From positions 672,001 through 736,000 of the forward strand of contig CAVZVA010000005.1 of NCBI GenBank assembly GCA_963778655.1: a stretch of DNA of 64,000 bases, in the 5' to 3' direction. The position numbers and the translations under genes are program-made. The notes under the pieces were generated by a model. The model worked only from the letters and a program-made list of their open reading frames with translations, made no database searches and was not told where the DNA came from. The stretch is from an uncultured delta proteobacterium. Lineage in GTDB: Bacteria > Myxococcota_A > Polyangia > Polyangiales > JAFGIB01. Positions 41,439 to 59,797 of this stretch are shown here, piece by piece (position 1 is the first letter of the stretch; the number at the start of each line of letters is the position of its first letter).

Positions 41439-42049
41439 AGTCGCGTCTGCCGCTGCTCACCGCTCTGCCCCAGCGCCCGCGCGCGCCGCTCGACCCGGCG
41501 CCGGCGCGCGTGCGCGTGGCTCAGCCGCTGATCTGCATCGCGGACGACTCGCCGCGCGCGGCGCTGTTTGCCGCGGCCATGGTACGCAGCCTGCGCGCGC
41601 GCGGCTGTGCGGCGGAGGGATTGCTCGCGACCGGCGGCGACCCGCTCGCGCGCCCAGTCCTCAGCGAAGGGGGCGCGCAGGCAGGGCGGCGCGGGCTGCA
41701 GCTCGCGGGCTCGCCCGTCGCGCTTCCCGCCGGGCTGCACGCATTCGGCGAGCCGTTGCTCGCCGCCGGCGCGAGCCGCATCTCGGTGGTCACGCAGTCG
41801 GGCCTGCCGCAGTCCGCGCTGGACGCGCTCGGCGCGGTCGCCGGGGGAACCGTGGTGCTCGCGCTGGGCTCGCCGCTAGCGCATTGCCTGCAAGGCCTGA
41901 TCACGATCGCGCTCTCTCCCAAGACTCGCGGTACCGGCGAGAGCAGCACCATCGACCTGGCGCTCGGTGTCGAGCCCGATCCGGTCGCCGCACGGATCGG
42001 CGAATGGCTCGCGGCTGCGCTCCGGGCGCCGCGACGCCGGGGCGCGTGA
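41435..42049 (+). CDS. Hypothetical protein
   Basis: TTG start overlaps the thioredoxin stop (TTGA); alpha/beta-like pattern, no recognisable motif. Confidence 0.5.
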   Translation: MKSRLPLLTALPQRPRAPLDPAPARVRVAQPLICIADDSPRAALFAAAMVRSLRARGCAAEGLLATGGDPLARPVLSEGGAQAGRRGLQLAGSPVALPAGLHAFGEPLLAAGASRISVVTQSGLPQSALDALGAVAGGTVVLALGSPLAHCLQGLITIALSPKTRGTGESSTIDLALGVEPDPVAARIGEWLAAALRAPRRRGA

Positions 42050-42184
42050 GCGCGCCCGGCGAGCGCGCGAGATGGTTCGTATTAGAACAACCGAGAACAA
42101 CCGCTTCTTCCGCCCCAGTCAGATCCGGAACTGCACGGCCGACCGCGAGTCGGTGCCGATCTCCGACCGCCGCCCGCGCGGCCG

Positions 42185-43300
42185 CTAGTGCGGCAGCTGG
42201 CCGCCCGGCAGCGGGGCGCGCAGCACCAACTTGTCGCGCATGCCCGGGCTCAGGTGGAGGTGCAGGTCGCGATCCAGGATCACCGCTTCGGTCGGCACCG
42301 GCGCCTTCGGCAGCAGCGCCAATGCGCGCTGCGCGCCCAGCACGAACAGCGCGGTCGAGAGCGCATCGGCGTACAGCCCGGACTCGGCCAGCACTGTCAC
42401 CGAGGTGGTGTGCTCGACCGGCAGCCCCGTGTCGGTGTCGATGATGTGGTGCCAGCGCTTGCCGTTCTTGATGAAGTAGTGCTCGTAGTCGCCCGAGGTC
42501 GAAATCGAGCCGGAGGTCGCCTCCACGAAGCCGAAGTAGTCCTGGCGCCGCGGATGCTGGATGCCCACGCGCCAGGGGCGTCCCCGGCGCTTGCCGCTGA
42601 TCTGCACCTGACCGCCGCCGAACAGCATGTAGTTCGCGATGCCCGCGGCCTTGAGCACCGCGCCGGCGCGATCGAGGGCATAGCCCTTGGCGATGCCCCC
42701 GGTGCCGATCAGCATGCCCTTCTTGAGCAGCATCACCGTGTGCGCCCGGGCATCGACCTTGATCTTGCGGTAGTCGATCAGCGGCAGCCGTGCCTTGATC
42801 TCGGCCGGATCGGGCACGCGCTCGTGCCCCGGCTCGAAGCTGTACAGCCCGCGCAGCGCAGCCCACGACAGGTCGAAGGCGCCGTGACTGAAGCGCGAGA
42901 CGGCCAGCCCCGCCTGTACCACCGCCAGCGTGTCGTCGCTCACCTTCACCGCGTGCTCTCCGGCCGAGGCGTTGATGCGCGAGATCTCGCTGTCGGGAAG
43001 CCACTCCGACAGCACCCCCTCGAGCCGTTTCATCTCGTCGAGCGCCGCCGACACGGCCGGCGCGGCCTTGGCCTCGGGCTCGCCCACCACGGTGATGCTG
43101 ATGATCGTGCCCATCATCTCGCGGGTCTGCTTGTAGACCGCTTCCTCGGGCTGCTCGGCCGGCGCGGCGGGCGCGGGGGCGGCGGCAGGCGCCGGGGCGG
43201 GGGCCCGCGCCGCGCCGGGTCCGTGCGCCGCTGGCTCGCTTGCGCCGGAGCGACAGGCGCTCGCCAGGCACGCCAGAGCGATTGCGGCCGCAGCTCTCAT
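42185..43300 (-). CDS. apbE: FAD:protein FMN transferase ApbE (lipoprotein)
   Basis: LASAC lipobox; MMGT, SEISRIN, GAFD, GGIAKGYA, WRVGIQHP, STSGDYE, HHIID, ADALSTALF. Confidence 0.93.
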   Translation of the reverse strand: MRAAAAIALACLASACRSGASEPAAHGPGAARAPAPAPAAAPAPAAPAEQPEEAVYKQTREMMGTIISITVVGEPEAKAAPAVSAALDEMKRLEGVLSEWLPDSEISRINASAGEHAVKVSDDTLAVVQAGLAVSRFSHGAFDLSWAALRGLYSFEPGHERVPDPAEIKARLPLIDYRKIKVDARAHTVMLLKKGMLIGTGGIAKGYALDRAGAVLKAAGIANYMLFGGGQVQISGKRRGRPWRVGIQHPRRQDYFGFVEATSGSISTSGDYEHYFIKNGKRWHHIIDTDTGLPVEHTTSVTVLAESGLYADALSTALFVLGAQRALALLPKAPVPTEAVILDRDLHLHLSPGMRDKLVLRAPLPGGQLPH

Positions 43301-43391
43301 GACGGGCGATCATCCGCGATCGGCGGCGCCGCGGCAACGCGCTCGGCTAGCTGTGCTTGAAGCACCCGTCCGGCTATGCTCCCCTGACGCG

Positions 43392-44195
43392 ATGAGCGCG
43401 CGCACTCAGCGCCTGCGCGGCGGGCAGTCACGGCCGATCGCACGCGCGTGTGCGCTGGCGGCGCTGGCGTCGTGCGTCGCCACGCTGGTCGGACCGCCGC
43501 AGGCGCGCGCGATCGGCGCGTTGACCGCGGTGGACATCCGCGGCGTCGATTACAGCGGGGGCTCGCCCGCGCCGCGGCCCACGGCGGCACAGAGGCTGGC
43601 CTGGGAAGTGCGGCAGCGCACCAGCGTGGAGACTCGGCTGGAGCCGACGCGCGTGCGCCTCGACGATCCGCACCTCTTCGACAAGCCGCTGGTCTACTTC
43701 GCCGGCGACCGTGCCTTTCCGCCGCTGTCGGAGGCTGAGGTCACCGGCCTCAAGCGCTTCGTCGAGTTTGGGGGCTTCGTGCTGATCGACGACGCGGCGC
43801 CCGAGCAGGGCGGCTTCGACGCCTCGATCCGCCGCGATCTGGCTCGCGCCTTTGGCCCGGGGGCGTTGGTCCGATTGCCTTCGACTCACACCATCTACCG
43901 CTCGTTCTACCTGCTCGACCGGCCGATTGGACGCGTGGAAGGCCCGGACTACCTGGAGGCGGTGATGCACGGCGACCGGGCCGCGGTGATCTATTCGCGC
44001 CACGACCTCGGCGGCGCGTGGGATCGCGACAATCTGGGCAACTACCTGCACTCGGTGGAGCCCGGAGGGGAGGCCCAGCGCGAGACCGCGGTGCGGCTGG
44101 GCGTAAACCTGGTGTTGTACGCGCTCTGCCTGGACTACAAGGACGACCAGGTCCACGCGCCCTTCATCATGCGCAGGCGAGCCGGGCAGCGGTAA
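43392..44195 (+). CDS. DUF4159 domain protein
   Basis: PLVYFAGDRAF, LKRFVEFGGFVLIDD, HTIYRSFY, DLGGAW, RLGVNLVLYALCLDYKDDQVH. Confidence 0.88.
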   Translation: MSARTQRLRGGQSRPIARACALAALASCVATLVGPPQARAIGALTAVDIRGVDYSGGSPAPRPTAAQRLAWEVRQRTSVETRLEPTRVRLDDPHLFDKPLVYFAGDRAFPPLSEAEVTGLKRFVEFGGFVLIDDAAPEQGGFDASIRRDLARAFGPGALVRLPSTHTIYRSFYLLDRPIGRVEGPDYLEAVMHGDRAAVIYSRHDLGGAWDRDNLGNYLHSVEPGGEAQRETAVRLGVNLVLYALCLDYKDDQVHAPFIMRRRAGQR

Positions 44196-44198
44196 CAG

Positions 44199-46418
44199 AT
44201 GGCACGTTGGGCCGCTTCGAGCCTCAGGTTCGGCACCCCCGGTGGGCCGTGGGTCAGCGCGCTGTTGATCGTGGCGTTCGGCGTCGTGTTGCTGCTCGGG
44301 ATTCGGCAGGCCGCGCGCTTGCCGCCGGGCAACCGGCGCCTGCTCGCGATGGCGTTGCGCGTGGCGACCGCGCTCGCGGCGATGATGTTCGCCCTGCAGC
44401 CTCAGTGGATCGCCGAGCGCGTGAAGAGCGTGCCGGGGCGGCTCGCAGTGCTGGTCGACGCTTCCCGTAGCATGTCGGTGCGCGACGCCGCCCCGAGCCG
44501 CGCCAAGGACGCGCTCGACATGCTGAAGCGCTTTCGCGCGGAGAGCAAGCTGCCCTTCGATCTGTACACGTTCGGCGGCGATGCGCACGCCGTCAAGCTC
44601 GACGATCTGGACGTGCGCGCGCTCGGGCGCGAAGACGACACGCGCATCGGCCGGGCGGTTGAGCGCGTGGCGGCCGAGGGTGGAGAGGATCTCGGTGCGA
44701 TCGTGCTGCTCTCCGACGGTGCCGACCTCTCGCCGGGGTTTTCGCCGCAGCAGCTCAAGCGACTGGGCGTGCGCGTACACGCCGTGGCCCTCGGCGGACA
44801 GCGCGAGCTGATCGACGACGCGATCCTGTCGGTGAAGGCGGACCGGGTCGCCTTCCTGCGCCAGGCGGCCCAGGTCGAGGTGACCGTGCGCTCGACCCGG
44901 CGCGAGCCGCTGGTCGTCACCCTGCGCCAGGCCGGCCAGCTGGTGGCGGAGGAAACCGCGCAGCTCGATGACCAGGGCATGGGCAAGGTGGTGCTGCCGT
45001 TCACGCCGTCTCACCTCGGACGCGCGGTGTACACGCTCTCGCTGCCGCTGGCCGCAGGCGACGTCGTGCCCGAGAACAACGAGCGCGCGTTCCTGGTGCG
45101 CGTGACCCGGGACAAGCTTCGCGTGCTGCTGCTGTGTGGCGCGCCGACCTGGGACACGCGCTTCCTGCGCGCCTTCCTCAAGGCCGATCCGGCGATCGAT
45201 CTGATCACCTTCTTCATCCTGCGGACCAGCAGCGACCTGACCATGGCCTCGCCCGAAGAGCTGTCGTTGATCCCCTTTCCCACCGACGAGCTGTTCCGGG
45301 AGCACCTGGACAGCTTCGACCTGGTGATCTTCCAGGACTTCAACTATGGCCCCTACCAGGTGGCGGGTTACTTGCCGCGCATCCGCGACTACGTGCTCAA
45401 GGGCGGCGCCTTCGCGATGATCGGCGGCGATCGCTCGTTCGGCGCGGGCGGCTACGAGCACACGCCGATCGCAGACATCCTGCCGGTGCGGATGGCGCCC
45501 GGCGCGGCCTCGGTGCTGGAAAGCGAGCTCCAGCCAGTGGTGGTGCCGAGCATGGCGCGCCATCCCATCGTCGAGCTGGTCCCCGATCCCGCGCAGAACC
45601 TCAAGACCTGGTCCGAGCTGGCGCCGCTGCTGGGCGCCAACCGCCTGCTCGGCGTGCGCGAGGGTAGCTATGCGCTGCTGGTCCACCCCACCGAAAAGGA
45701 CGCCCAGGGGCAGCCGATGCCGCTGCTCGCGGTCGGCTCGGCCGGCCAGGGACGGGTGCTCGCGCTGGGCGTCGACAGCAGCTGGCGCTGGAGCCTGACC
45801 ACCGCCGGACGTCGCGGCGACGCCTCCGCCTACGAGCGCTTCTGGGACCGCGCGCTACGCTGGCTGTCGCGCGACCCGCTGCTCGATCCGGCGGACGTCC
45901 AGAGCGACAAGGAGCGCTACGGGCCCGGGGCACGCTTGCACGCGCGCATGCGCCTGCGCGACGAGCGCTACCAGCCGCTCGCCGATCACGCGTTCGAGCT
46001 GCTTGTGCTCGACCTTGCAGGCAAGGTGCAGAGCAAACAGGCGATCCACAGCGACGAGGACGGGCGTGCCGAAGCCGACGCCAGCGTGCCGACGGCGCCG
46101 GGCGCGTACCGCATCGCGGTGCGCGAGCCGAAGAGCCAAGCGATTCTTGCCGAGCAGGGCTTCGTGGTCGAAGCCGGCGGCGACGAGCTGGCCGATCCCA
46201 GGCCGCGCCCGGAGCTGCTGCGCGCGGTGGCGGCGGCGACCGGCGGCGGATTCTATCGCGAGGCGGATGCGCCGCGGATCGACGCCCTCGATCGCACGCG
46301 CGCTCGCTCGCTTGGCACCGTCGTGTATGCGCCTTTCGCCTCCGCCTGGTTCTTCGTGCTGCTGATCGCGGCCTTCGGCGTGGAGTGGGCGCTGCGCCGC
46401 AGCTGGGGCCTGCGCTGA
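44199..46418 (+). CDS. Membrane protein with vWA-like and glutamine-amidotransferase-like domains
   Basis: N-terminal TMs, VLVDASRSM, LLSDGAD, ENN..F, GGAFAMIGGDRSF, GQGRVLALGVDSSWRW, C-terminal EWALRRSWG. Confidence 0.82.
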   Translation: MARWAASSLRFGTPGGPWVSALLIVAFGVVLLLGIRQAARLPPGNRRLLAMALRVATALAAMMFALQPQWIAERVKSVPGRLAVLVDASRSMSVRDAAPSRAKDALDMLKRFRAESKLPFDLYTFGGDAHAVKLDDLDVRALGREDDTRIGRAVERVAAEGGEDLGAIVLLSDGADLSPGFSPQQLKRLGVRVHAVALGGQRELIDDAILSVKADRVAFLRQAAQVEVTVRSTRREPLVVTLRQAGQLVAEETAQLDDQGMGKVVLPFTPSHLGRAVYTLSLPLAAGDVVPENNERAFLVRVTRDKLRVLLLCGAPTWDTRFLRAFLKADPAIDLITFFILRTSSDLTMASPEELSLIPFPTDELFREHLDSFDLVIFQDFNYGPYQVAGYLPRIRDYVLKGGAFAMIGGDRSFGAGGYEHTPIADILPVRMAPGAASVLESELQPVVVPSMARHPIVELVPDPAQNLKTWSELAPLLGANRLLGVREGSYALLVHPTEKDAQGQPMPLLAVGSAGQGRVLALGVDSSWRWSLTTAGRRGDASAYERFWDRALRWLSRDPLLDPADVQSDKERYGPGARLHARMRLRDERYQPLADHAFELLVLDLAGKVQSKQAIHSDEDGRAEADASVPTAPGAYRIAVREPKSQAILAEQGFVVEAGGDELADPRPRPELLRAVAAATGGGFYREADAPRIDALDRTRARSLGTVVYAPFASAWFFVLLIAAFGVEWALRRSWGLR

Positions 46419-46464
46419 TCGGCGCGCGCGCCGCCCGCGGCGGCGGAGCCCTGAGGCGCGCGTC

Positions 46465-47241
46465 TTACATGCCCGGGCAGACGTCCGAGAGCCCGCGTTT
46501 CAGGGTGACGTTGAACGCGCCGGTGACGGTTTCGATGTTGGTGTTGCTGCCGCCGCACGGCGTGAGCTCGAGATCGAAGCGCGCCTGAAGGTTGGTGCGG
46601 ATCTGGACATCGGGTTGTGTCGTGAAGTCGAGCGTGCCGTTGGCGTCTTTGCAGGTTCCCCAGACGCCGTTGGGACTGACGTCCGCGGGACGGGTGTAGG
46701 TGATCGGAATGCCGTCGGCCTCTGGGTTGGGCATGATGGGGTTCTGGCCGAGTCGGATCGTCGGGTCGGAGGCCGTGATCGCGGCCGCGTCGAACTTGAA
46801 GGTCAGCTCGTGCCCGCCGCCTTCGGGGCAGTTGCCGTTGGACATCACGACCACGATCGCGGGATGGTCACAGCTCGCGGTCCAGGCGGCCACCACGCGC
46901 GAGACTGCGAAGTCCTTGGGCGTGACGATGGCGTTGAAGAAACCGCCGTTGGCCATGTCCTCGCCGGTGAGCATGGTGGGAGTCACCTCCTGGCACTCAC
47001 CGGGCAGCACGTTGAGATCGGGGATCCCGGCGTCTTCCGCCGGGGCTGGGGCGCCCGCGTCCTCGTCGGGGCTGCCCGTGCTGGCGTCCTGCTTGGCGCC
47101 GCCGCCGCCTCCGACGCTGTTGATCGCGTGACCGCCGCCCCCCGCCGGCGGAGCAGAGCTGGTCTTCTTCTGGCAGCCCAGGCTCGACACCAGCAGGGCG
47201 GCGCTCAGAGCTCGCGCGAGCGCGACCGTCCGACCAGCCAT
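46465..47241 (-). CDS. Hypothetical Cys-containing lipoprotein
   Basis: SSLGC lipobox, Gly-rich linker with myxobacterial DAG motifs, 6 further Cys; strong GC3 bias. Confidence 0.78.
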   Translation of the reverse strand: MAGRTVALARALSAALLVSSLGCQKKTSSAPPAGGGGHAINSVGGGGGAKQDASTGSPDEDAGAPAPAEDAGIPDLNVLPGECQEVTPTMLTGEDMANGGFFNAIVTPKDFAVSRVVAAWTASCDHPAIVVVMSNGNCPEGGGHELTFKFDAAAITASDPTIRLGQNPIMPNPEADGIPITYTRPADVSPNGVWGTCKDANGTLDFTTQPDVQIRTNLQARFDLELTPCGGSNTNIETVTGAFNVTLKRGLSDVCPGM

Positions 47242-47362
47242 GCCGCTAGCATAGCCGAAATGCCGCCGCGGGGCGATGTTGCGTCGCGCGCGCGCGCTGC
47301 CTCCAGCGGCGAATGCGCTATGCTCCCGGTCCCCGCGCGGGCGGCGTGCGGAACCCCTCTCC

Positions 47363-52762
<5,400 letters not shown>

Positions 52763-53837
52763 CGCGCGTCGTGCGGCCCCGCACTGGCTTCCGGGTGGTA
52801 CTGCACGCTGAAGGCCGCTGCGCCGGTGTGACGGATGCCCTCGCACGTTCCGTCGTTGAGGTGCAGGTGGGTGAGCTCGCACTTGCCGGCGAGCGACTTC
52901 TCGTCGACGCAGAAGCCGTGGTTCTGGGTAGTGATCTCGATCCGCCCGGTGGCCAGGTCCTTGACCGGCTGGTTGAGGCCGCGGTGGCCGAACTTGAGCT
53001 TGTAGGTCTTGCCGCCCAACGCCAAGCACAGGATCTGATGCCCGAGACAGATGCCGAAGATGGGACGCTTGCCGATCAGCGCGCCCACCGTCTCGATGCC
53101 GTGCGCCACCGCCGCCGGATCGCCCGGGCCGTTGGACAGGAACACCCCGTCGGGATCCATCGCCAGCACCTGCTCCGCGCTGGTCGTGGCCGGCACCACC
53201 GTGACCCTGCACCCCGCATCGACCAGGCAGCGCAGGATGTTGAGCTTGATCCCGAAGTCGATCGCGACCACGTGCCAGCGCGCCGGCAGCGCGGGCTGCA
53301 AGCCCCACTCGCCCGAGGCCTCGCTCCAGGCGAGCACGCGCGCGGTGGTGACCTCTAGCGTGAGGTCCCGCCCGGTCATCGAGGGCGCTTCCCGTGCGAG
53401 CGCGAGCAGCGCCCCCGCACCCGTGGTGCCGAGCGCCGCCATCTGCGCGCCGTGGTCCCGCAGGTGGCGCGTCACCGCGCGCGTGTCCAGGCCGAAAATG
53501 CCCACGATGCCGTGCTGCTTGAGATACGCGTCGAGCGTCGCCTGCGAGCGCCAGTTGCTTGCGAGCGGCGACAGCGCGTGCACCGCGAAGCCGGCCAGAC
53601 GCGGCCGCTCGGCCTCGCGATCCTGGTGGTTGACGCCCGTGTTGCCCATTTGCGGCGCCGTCATGGTGACGATCTGCCCGCAGTACGAGGGATCGGTCAG
53701 CACCTCCTGATAGCCGGTCATACCGGTGGTGAAGACCGCCTCGCCCACGCTGGTTCCGGGGGCGCCCATGGCCCAGCCCTCGAACACGCTGCCGTCGGCC
53801 AGGACCAGGTGCGCGGGTTGGCGTGACTCGCCGTGAT

Positions 53838-55121
<1,284 letters not shown>

Positions 55122-55211
55122 GGAACCGGCGAGTACGCGAGCGCGCCGCAGCTGTCAATGGGCCCGCGCGCTGGGCGCGGGCCACGGTGTGCGAGCCGCG
55201 CTGGGCTCGGC

Positions 55212-55475
55212 TCAGACGGCGGTCGCCAGATCGTCGGCCACCACCTCAGGCTTGTCCGGGGCCTCGACGGTCCCGACCGAGGATTCCTGCGGGGCAGGGC
55301 GCGGCTTGCCGCGCTCGGTGTGCACCTTGGCCTTCATGGCCATGACCTTGCGGCACAGGGAGGCGAACTCCTTGTGACGCGTGGCCATCGTGGGCGTGCC
55401 ACCCCGGAGCAGGGTTTGCACGATGAACTCCAGAACCTGAATCTCGCCTTCGGAGAAGCTGTTGCTGATCCTCAT
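55212..55475 (-). CDS. Small hypothetical protein, 87 aa
   Basis: MRISNSFSEGEIQVLEFIVQTLLRGG...; helical N-terminal half, disordered tail; GC3-biased. Confidence 0.7.
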   Translation of the reverse strand: MRISNSFSEGEIQVLEFIVQTLLRGGTPTMATRHKEFASLCRKVMAMKAKVHTERGKPRPAPQESSVGTVEAPDKPEVVADDLATAV

Positions 55476-55568
55476 GCGCGTGACCTTAGCAGGCGATCTG
55501 AGGCGCGACAATGGCTGACGAGCAGTGTAGTGTCACCGAATGTCACTCAAATCCGCAATTTCAGCGGC

Positions 55569-55760
55569 TAACTACTTGAAATCAAGAAATAGATCTTGGT
55601 CAGATCGATCGACGATCTGATGCCGATCGCCTGGACGATCTGCCCCCGATCGGGCGCACCGGCCTTGCGGCGATCGCCGAGCCCCGAGGGCGATCGGAAA
55701 ACGCGCGCGATCGCGCCGCAGCCGGCCCGGCGCCGGGCCGGCAATGGCCGGCTCGATCAG
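55569..55760. promoter_or_regulatory. AT-rich IHF-like sites followed by a cluster of 11 GATC sites and a perfect 22-bp palindrome
   Basis: TAACTACTTGAAATCAAGAAATAG; GATC at 55592, 55603, 55607, 55614, 55625, 55637, 55648, 55672, 55692, 55709, 55755; GCCGGCCCGGCGCCGGGCCGGC 55721-55742. Confidence 0.45.
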
Positions 55761-55782
55761 CGGCTCCCGGGCGCTTCTTGAG

Positions 55783-57492
<1,710 letters not shown>

Positions 57493-57836
57493 CCTACCTC
57501 AAGAGCGATTTTCCAATGGAAAACGCGTAAGTCGCAAGCACCACGTTGCGGAGATTCAGGGTCCGTGAAGGGGGTGATGCTTGTCAAGCGCCAACGGCAC
57601 CGTCCGTTGTGGTCACAATTGGCGTGCGCATCGGAAACCCGGTGCCATTGCTGGAGTCGGACGCCGTCCTGCATGCGCACCTGGTGTGCCGCAGCGCACC
57701 CGTCCGCGGCGGCCGCGGTATCATCCAGTCGCGGTCGCCGCCCGGTGGCGCGCGCAAGCGCCGCGGGTGCGTAGCAGCGCCCCCAAGCGCGGCATTTCGT
57801 GCGAGCCTGCGCGCGAGCCGTCTGCTTGCCGCCTCG

Positions 57837-58868
57837 ATGCCTTCGCTGTCTCGCGTCCTGCTGATCGACCTGCTGCGCCTGGTGGCCGCGTTCCAGATGG
57901 TCGAGGGCCATACCATCGACGCGGTGCTGTCGGCGGACTTCCGCCACGGCGGAATCCATCGCGGTTGGTTGGCCATGCGTGGATTGACGTCGATCGCGTT
58001 CCTGTTCGTGGCGGGTCTGGCCTTTCAGCTCTCCACCTTGCGCGACCTCGAGCGCCACCTTCGCAACCGCGCGGCCGTCGCTGGCCGCTTTCGGCGCGCG
58101 GCCACGCTCGTGCTGCTCGGTTATCTGCTGCGCCTGCCGCTGCCGGCCGCCGTCTTCGGCGACTCGGCCAGCTGGGCGGACACGCTGCGCAACGGGGCGG
58201 CGGTGGACATCCTGCAGTGCATCGGGGTGTCGCTCGCGCTGCTGGAAGGGCTGGCGCTCGCGCTGCCCAGCGCAGCCGCGGTCGAGCGCACCAGCGGCCT
58301 GCTCGGCGCCGCCGTGCTCGCCCTTGCGCCGCAGCTGACGCGGATCGATCCGCACGGTCCCTGGCTGCTCGGGCTCGACTACCTCAGCCCGCGCGCGGGC
58401 TCGCTGTTCCCGCTGTTTCCGTGGTCGGCGCACATGCTGCTGGGCGTCGCGCTGGCGCGGCCGTTGCTGGCGCGGCCGCGGCCCTGGCCGCGGCTACTGG
58501 CCGCGGCGGCCGTGGCGCTGGCGCTTTCGTGGGCGCTGGGCCGGGCCGGGATCCCGTTGCTGTGCGATCATGTGGGCAGGCTGGGCTTCGTGCTGGTTGG
58601 AGCGGGCTTGTTGAGCCTGCTGGAACCCGCGGCGCGCGGCTGGCCGCCGTGGTTGTGGCGCCTGTCGGGCGAGACGCTCGTCATCTACGTGTTCCACGTG
58701 GTGCTGGTCTACGGGCGCGGCGCCGGGCTGGGCGCGCTGATCGGTCGCTCGCTCGGGCCCGGCGCGGCAATCGCGCTGGCGTGCGGCATGATCGTGTTGA
58801 GCTTCGCCTTTGCCGACTTCTACCAGCGGGTTTCGGCGGGCCTTGCCCGCAGCACGGCGACGGGCTAA
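57837..58868 (+). CDS. Multi-pass membrane acyltransferase-like protein (DUF1624 / HGSNAT-like)
   Basis: RVLLIDLLR, EGHTID, FLFVAG, VDILQCIG, FPLFPW, IYVFH. Confidence 0.8.
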   Translation: MPSLSRVLLIDLLRLVAAFQMVEGHTIDAVLSADFRHGGIHRGWLAMRGLTSIAFLFVAGLAFQLSTLRDLERHLRNRAAVAGRFRRAATLVLLGYLLRLPLPAAVFGDSASWADTLRNGAAVDILQCIGVSLALLEGLALALPSAAAVERTSGLLGAAVLALAPQLTRIDPHGPWLLGLDYLSPRAGSLFPLFPWSAHMLLGVALARPLLARPRPWPRLLAAAAVALALSWALGRAGIPLLCDHVGRLGFVLVGAGLLSLLEPAARGWPPWLWRLSGETLVIYVFHVVLVYGRGAGLGALIGRSLGPGAAIALACGMIVLSFAFADFYQRVSAGLARSTATG

Positions 58869-58878
58869 TTGCCGGCCC

Positions 58879-59760
58879 GTGGCATCGTCCAAGCAACGCC
58901 CGCGCCTGCCCACGGATTTGAGCGCGGCGCTCGAGCAGCAGGAGACGCCGCAGCTCAAGTGGAAGTCGCTGCTGCAGATCGGCGGGGCGATCGCGGTGCT
59001 GTGGGTCACCGCCTTCATCCTGGTGCCGTTCGTGGGCTACTGGGGCGTGGGGGTGGTCGCCGTGCTGACCAGCGTGGCGATCGGCTTCGGCATCTACGTG
59101 TGGCGCTTGACCTCGCGCTCGCGCGCCATCCTCGACATCATGAAGCAGGCCACCGACGAGGGGGGCCGGCAGCGCGCGCTCGAGGCGCTCTCGGGCGAGG
59201 GCCAGAAGGACGCGATGAAGGCGCTGGCCCGCTCACAGTTGCTGGCGCAGACCGATCCGCTCGAAGCGCAGAAGGTGCTGGAGGCGGTCGACATCAAGAA
59301 GGCGCCGACGGTGCTGCAGGACGACTTGCGTGCGCAGCTCGCGATGCTCTACCTGCGTAACGGACGCACGCGGGAGGCGCGTACGCTGACCGACGAGATC
59401 CGGCTCGACCGGCGGCCGGACGCCAAGAGCAAAGGGCTGTACGCGGCGGTGATGGCCGAGGCGCTGGCGCGCACCGGAAGCGGCGACGAAGCGCGCAAGC
59501 TACTCGAGACCTATAAGCCAGAGGAGAGCGAGCACGACGAGGTGCGGGTGATGCTGCTGCGCTCGCAGGTCTACACCTTCGTGGCGCTCAAGAAGCGCGG
59601 GCTGGCCAAGCGCGCGATGGATGCGCTGTGCGAGGTGGAGCCCAACCTGCTCGGCTCGTTTCTGCTCAAGGGTAGTCAGCCGGAGATCGCCAAGCTCGCG
59701 CGCCAGGCGCTGGCCGAGAGCGGTGCCGCCCCGAAGATGAAGATCAAGAGGATGCCGTAA
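58879..59760 (+). CDS. Hypothetical membrane protein with TPR-like cytoplasmic domain
   Basis: Two TM helices then helical repeats; GTG start estimated. Confidence 0.72.
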   Translation: MASSKQRPRLPTDLSAALEQQETPQLKWKSLLQIGGAIAVLWVTAFILVPFVGYWGVGVVAVLTSVAIGFGIYVWRLTSRSRAILDIMKQATDEGGRQRALEALSGEGQKDAMKALARSQLLAQTDPLEAQKVLEAVDIKKAPTVLQDDLRAQLAMLYLRNGRTREARTLTDEIRLDRRPDAKSKGLYAAVMAEALARTGSGDEARKLLETYKPEESEHDEVRVMLLRSQVYTFVALKKRGLAKRAMDALCEVEPNLLGSFLLKGSQPEIAKLARQALAESGAAPKMKIKRMP

Positions 59761-59797
59761 CCGAGGCGTCACCTCGGAGACACGAGACATCCTCCCC

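Noticed and set aside
42072..42188. 38-aa ORF and AGAACAACCG x2 direct repeat (42084-42103) between convergent genes
   Set aside because: No clear RBS, it overlaps the apbE stop, and the repeat is too short to support a call.
42185..47241. ApbE-linked extracellular electron transfer (flavinylation) locus
   Set aside because: No neighbouring protein shows a convincing [S/T]GA[S/T] FMN-binding motif (the lipoprotein has only VTGAF), and no nqr/rnf/nos genes are present.
55569..55760. Replication origin
   Set aside because: No DnaA boxes or extended AT-rich unwinding element seen, and no dnaA/dnaN/gidA/parAB nearby.
57625..57650. sigma54 promoter for pilB (minus strand TGGCACCGGGTTTCC)
   Set aside because: The conserved -12 GC is replaced by CC.
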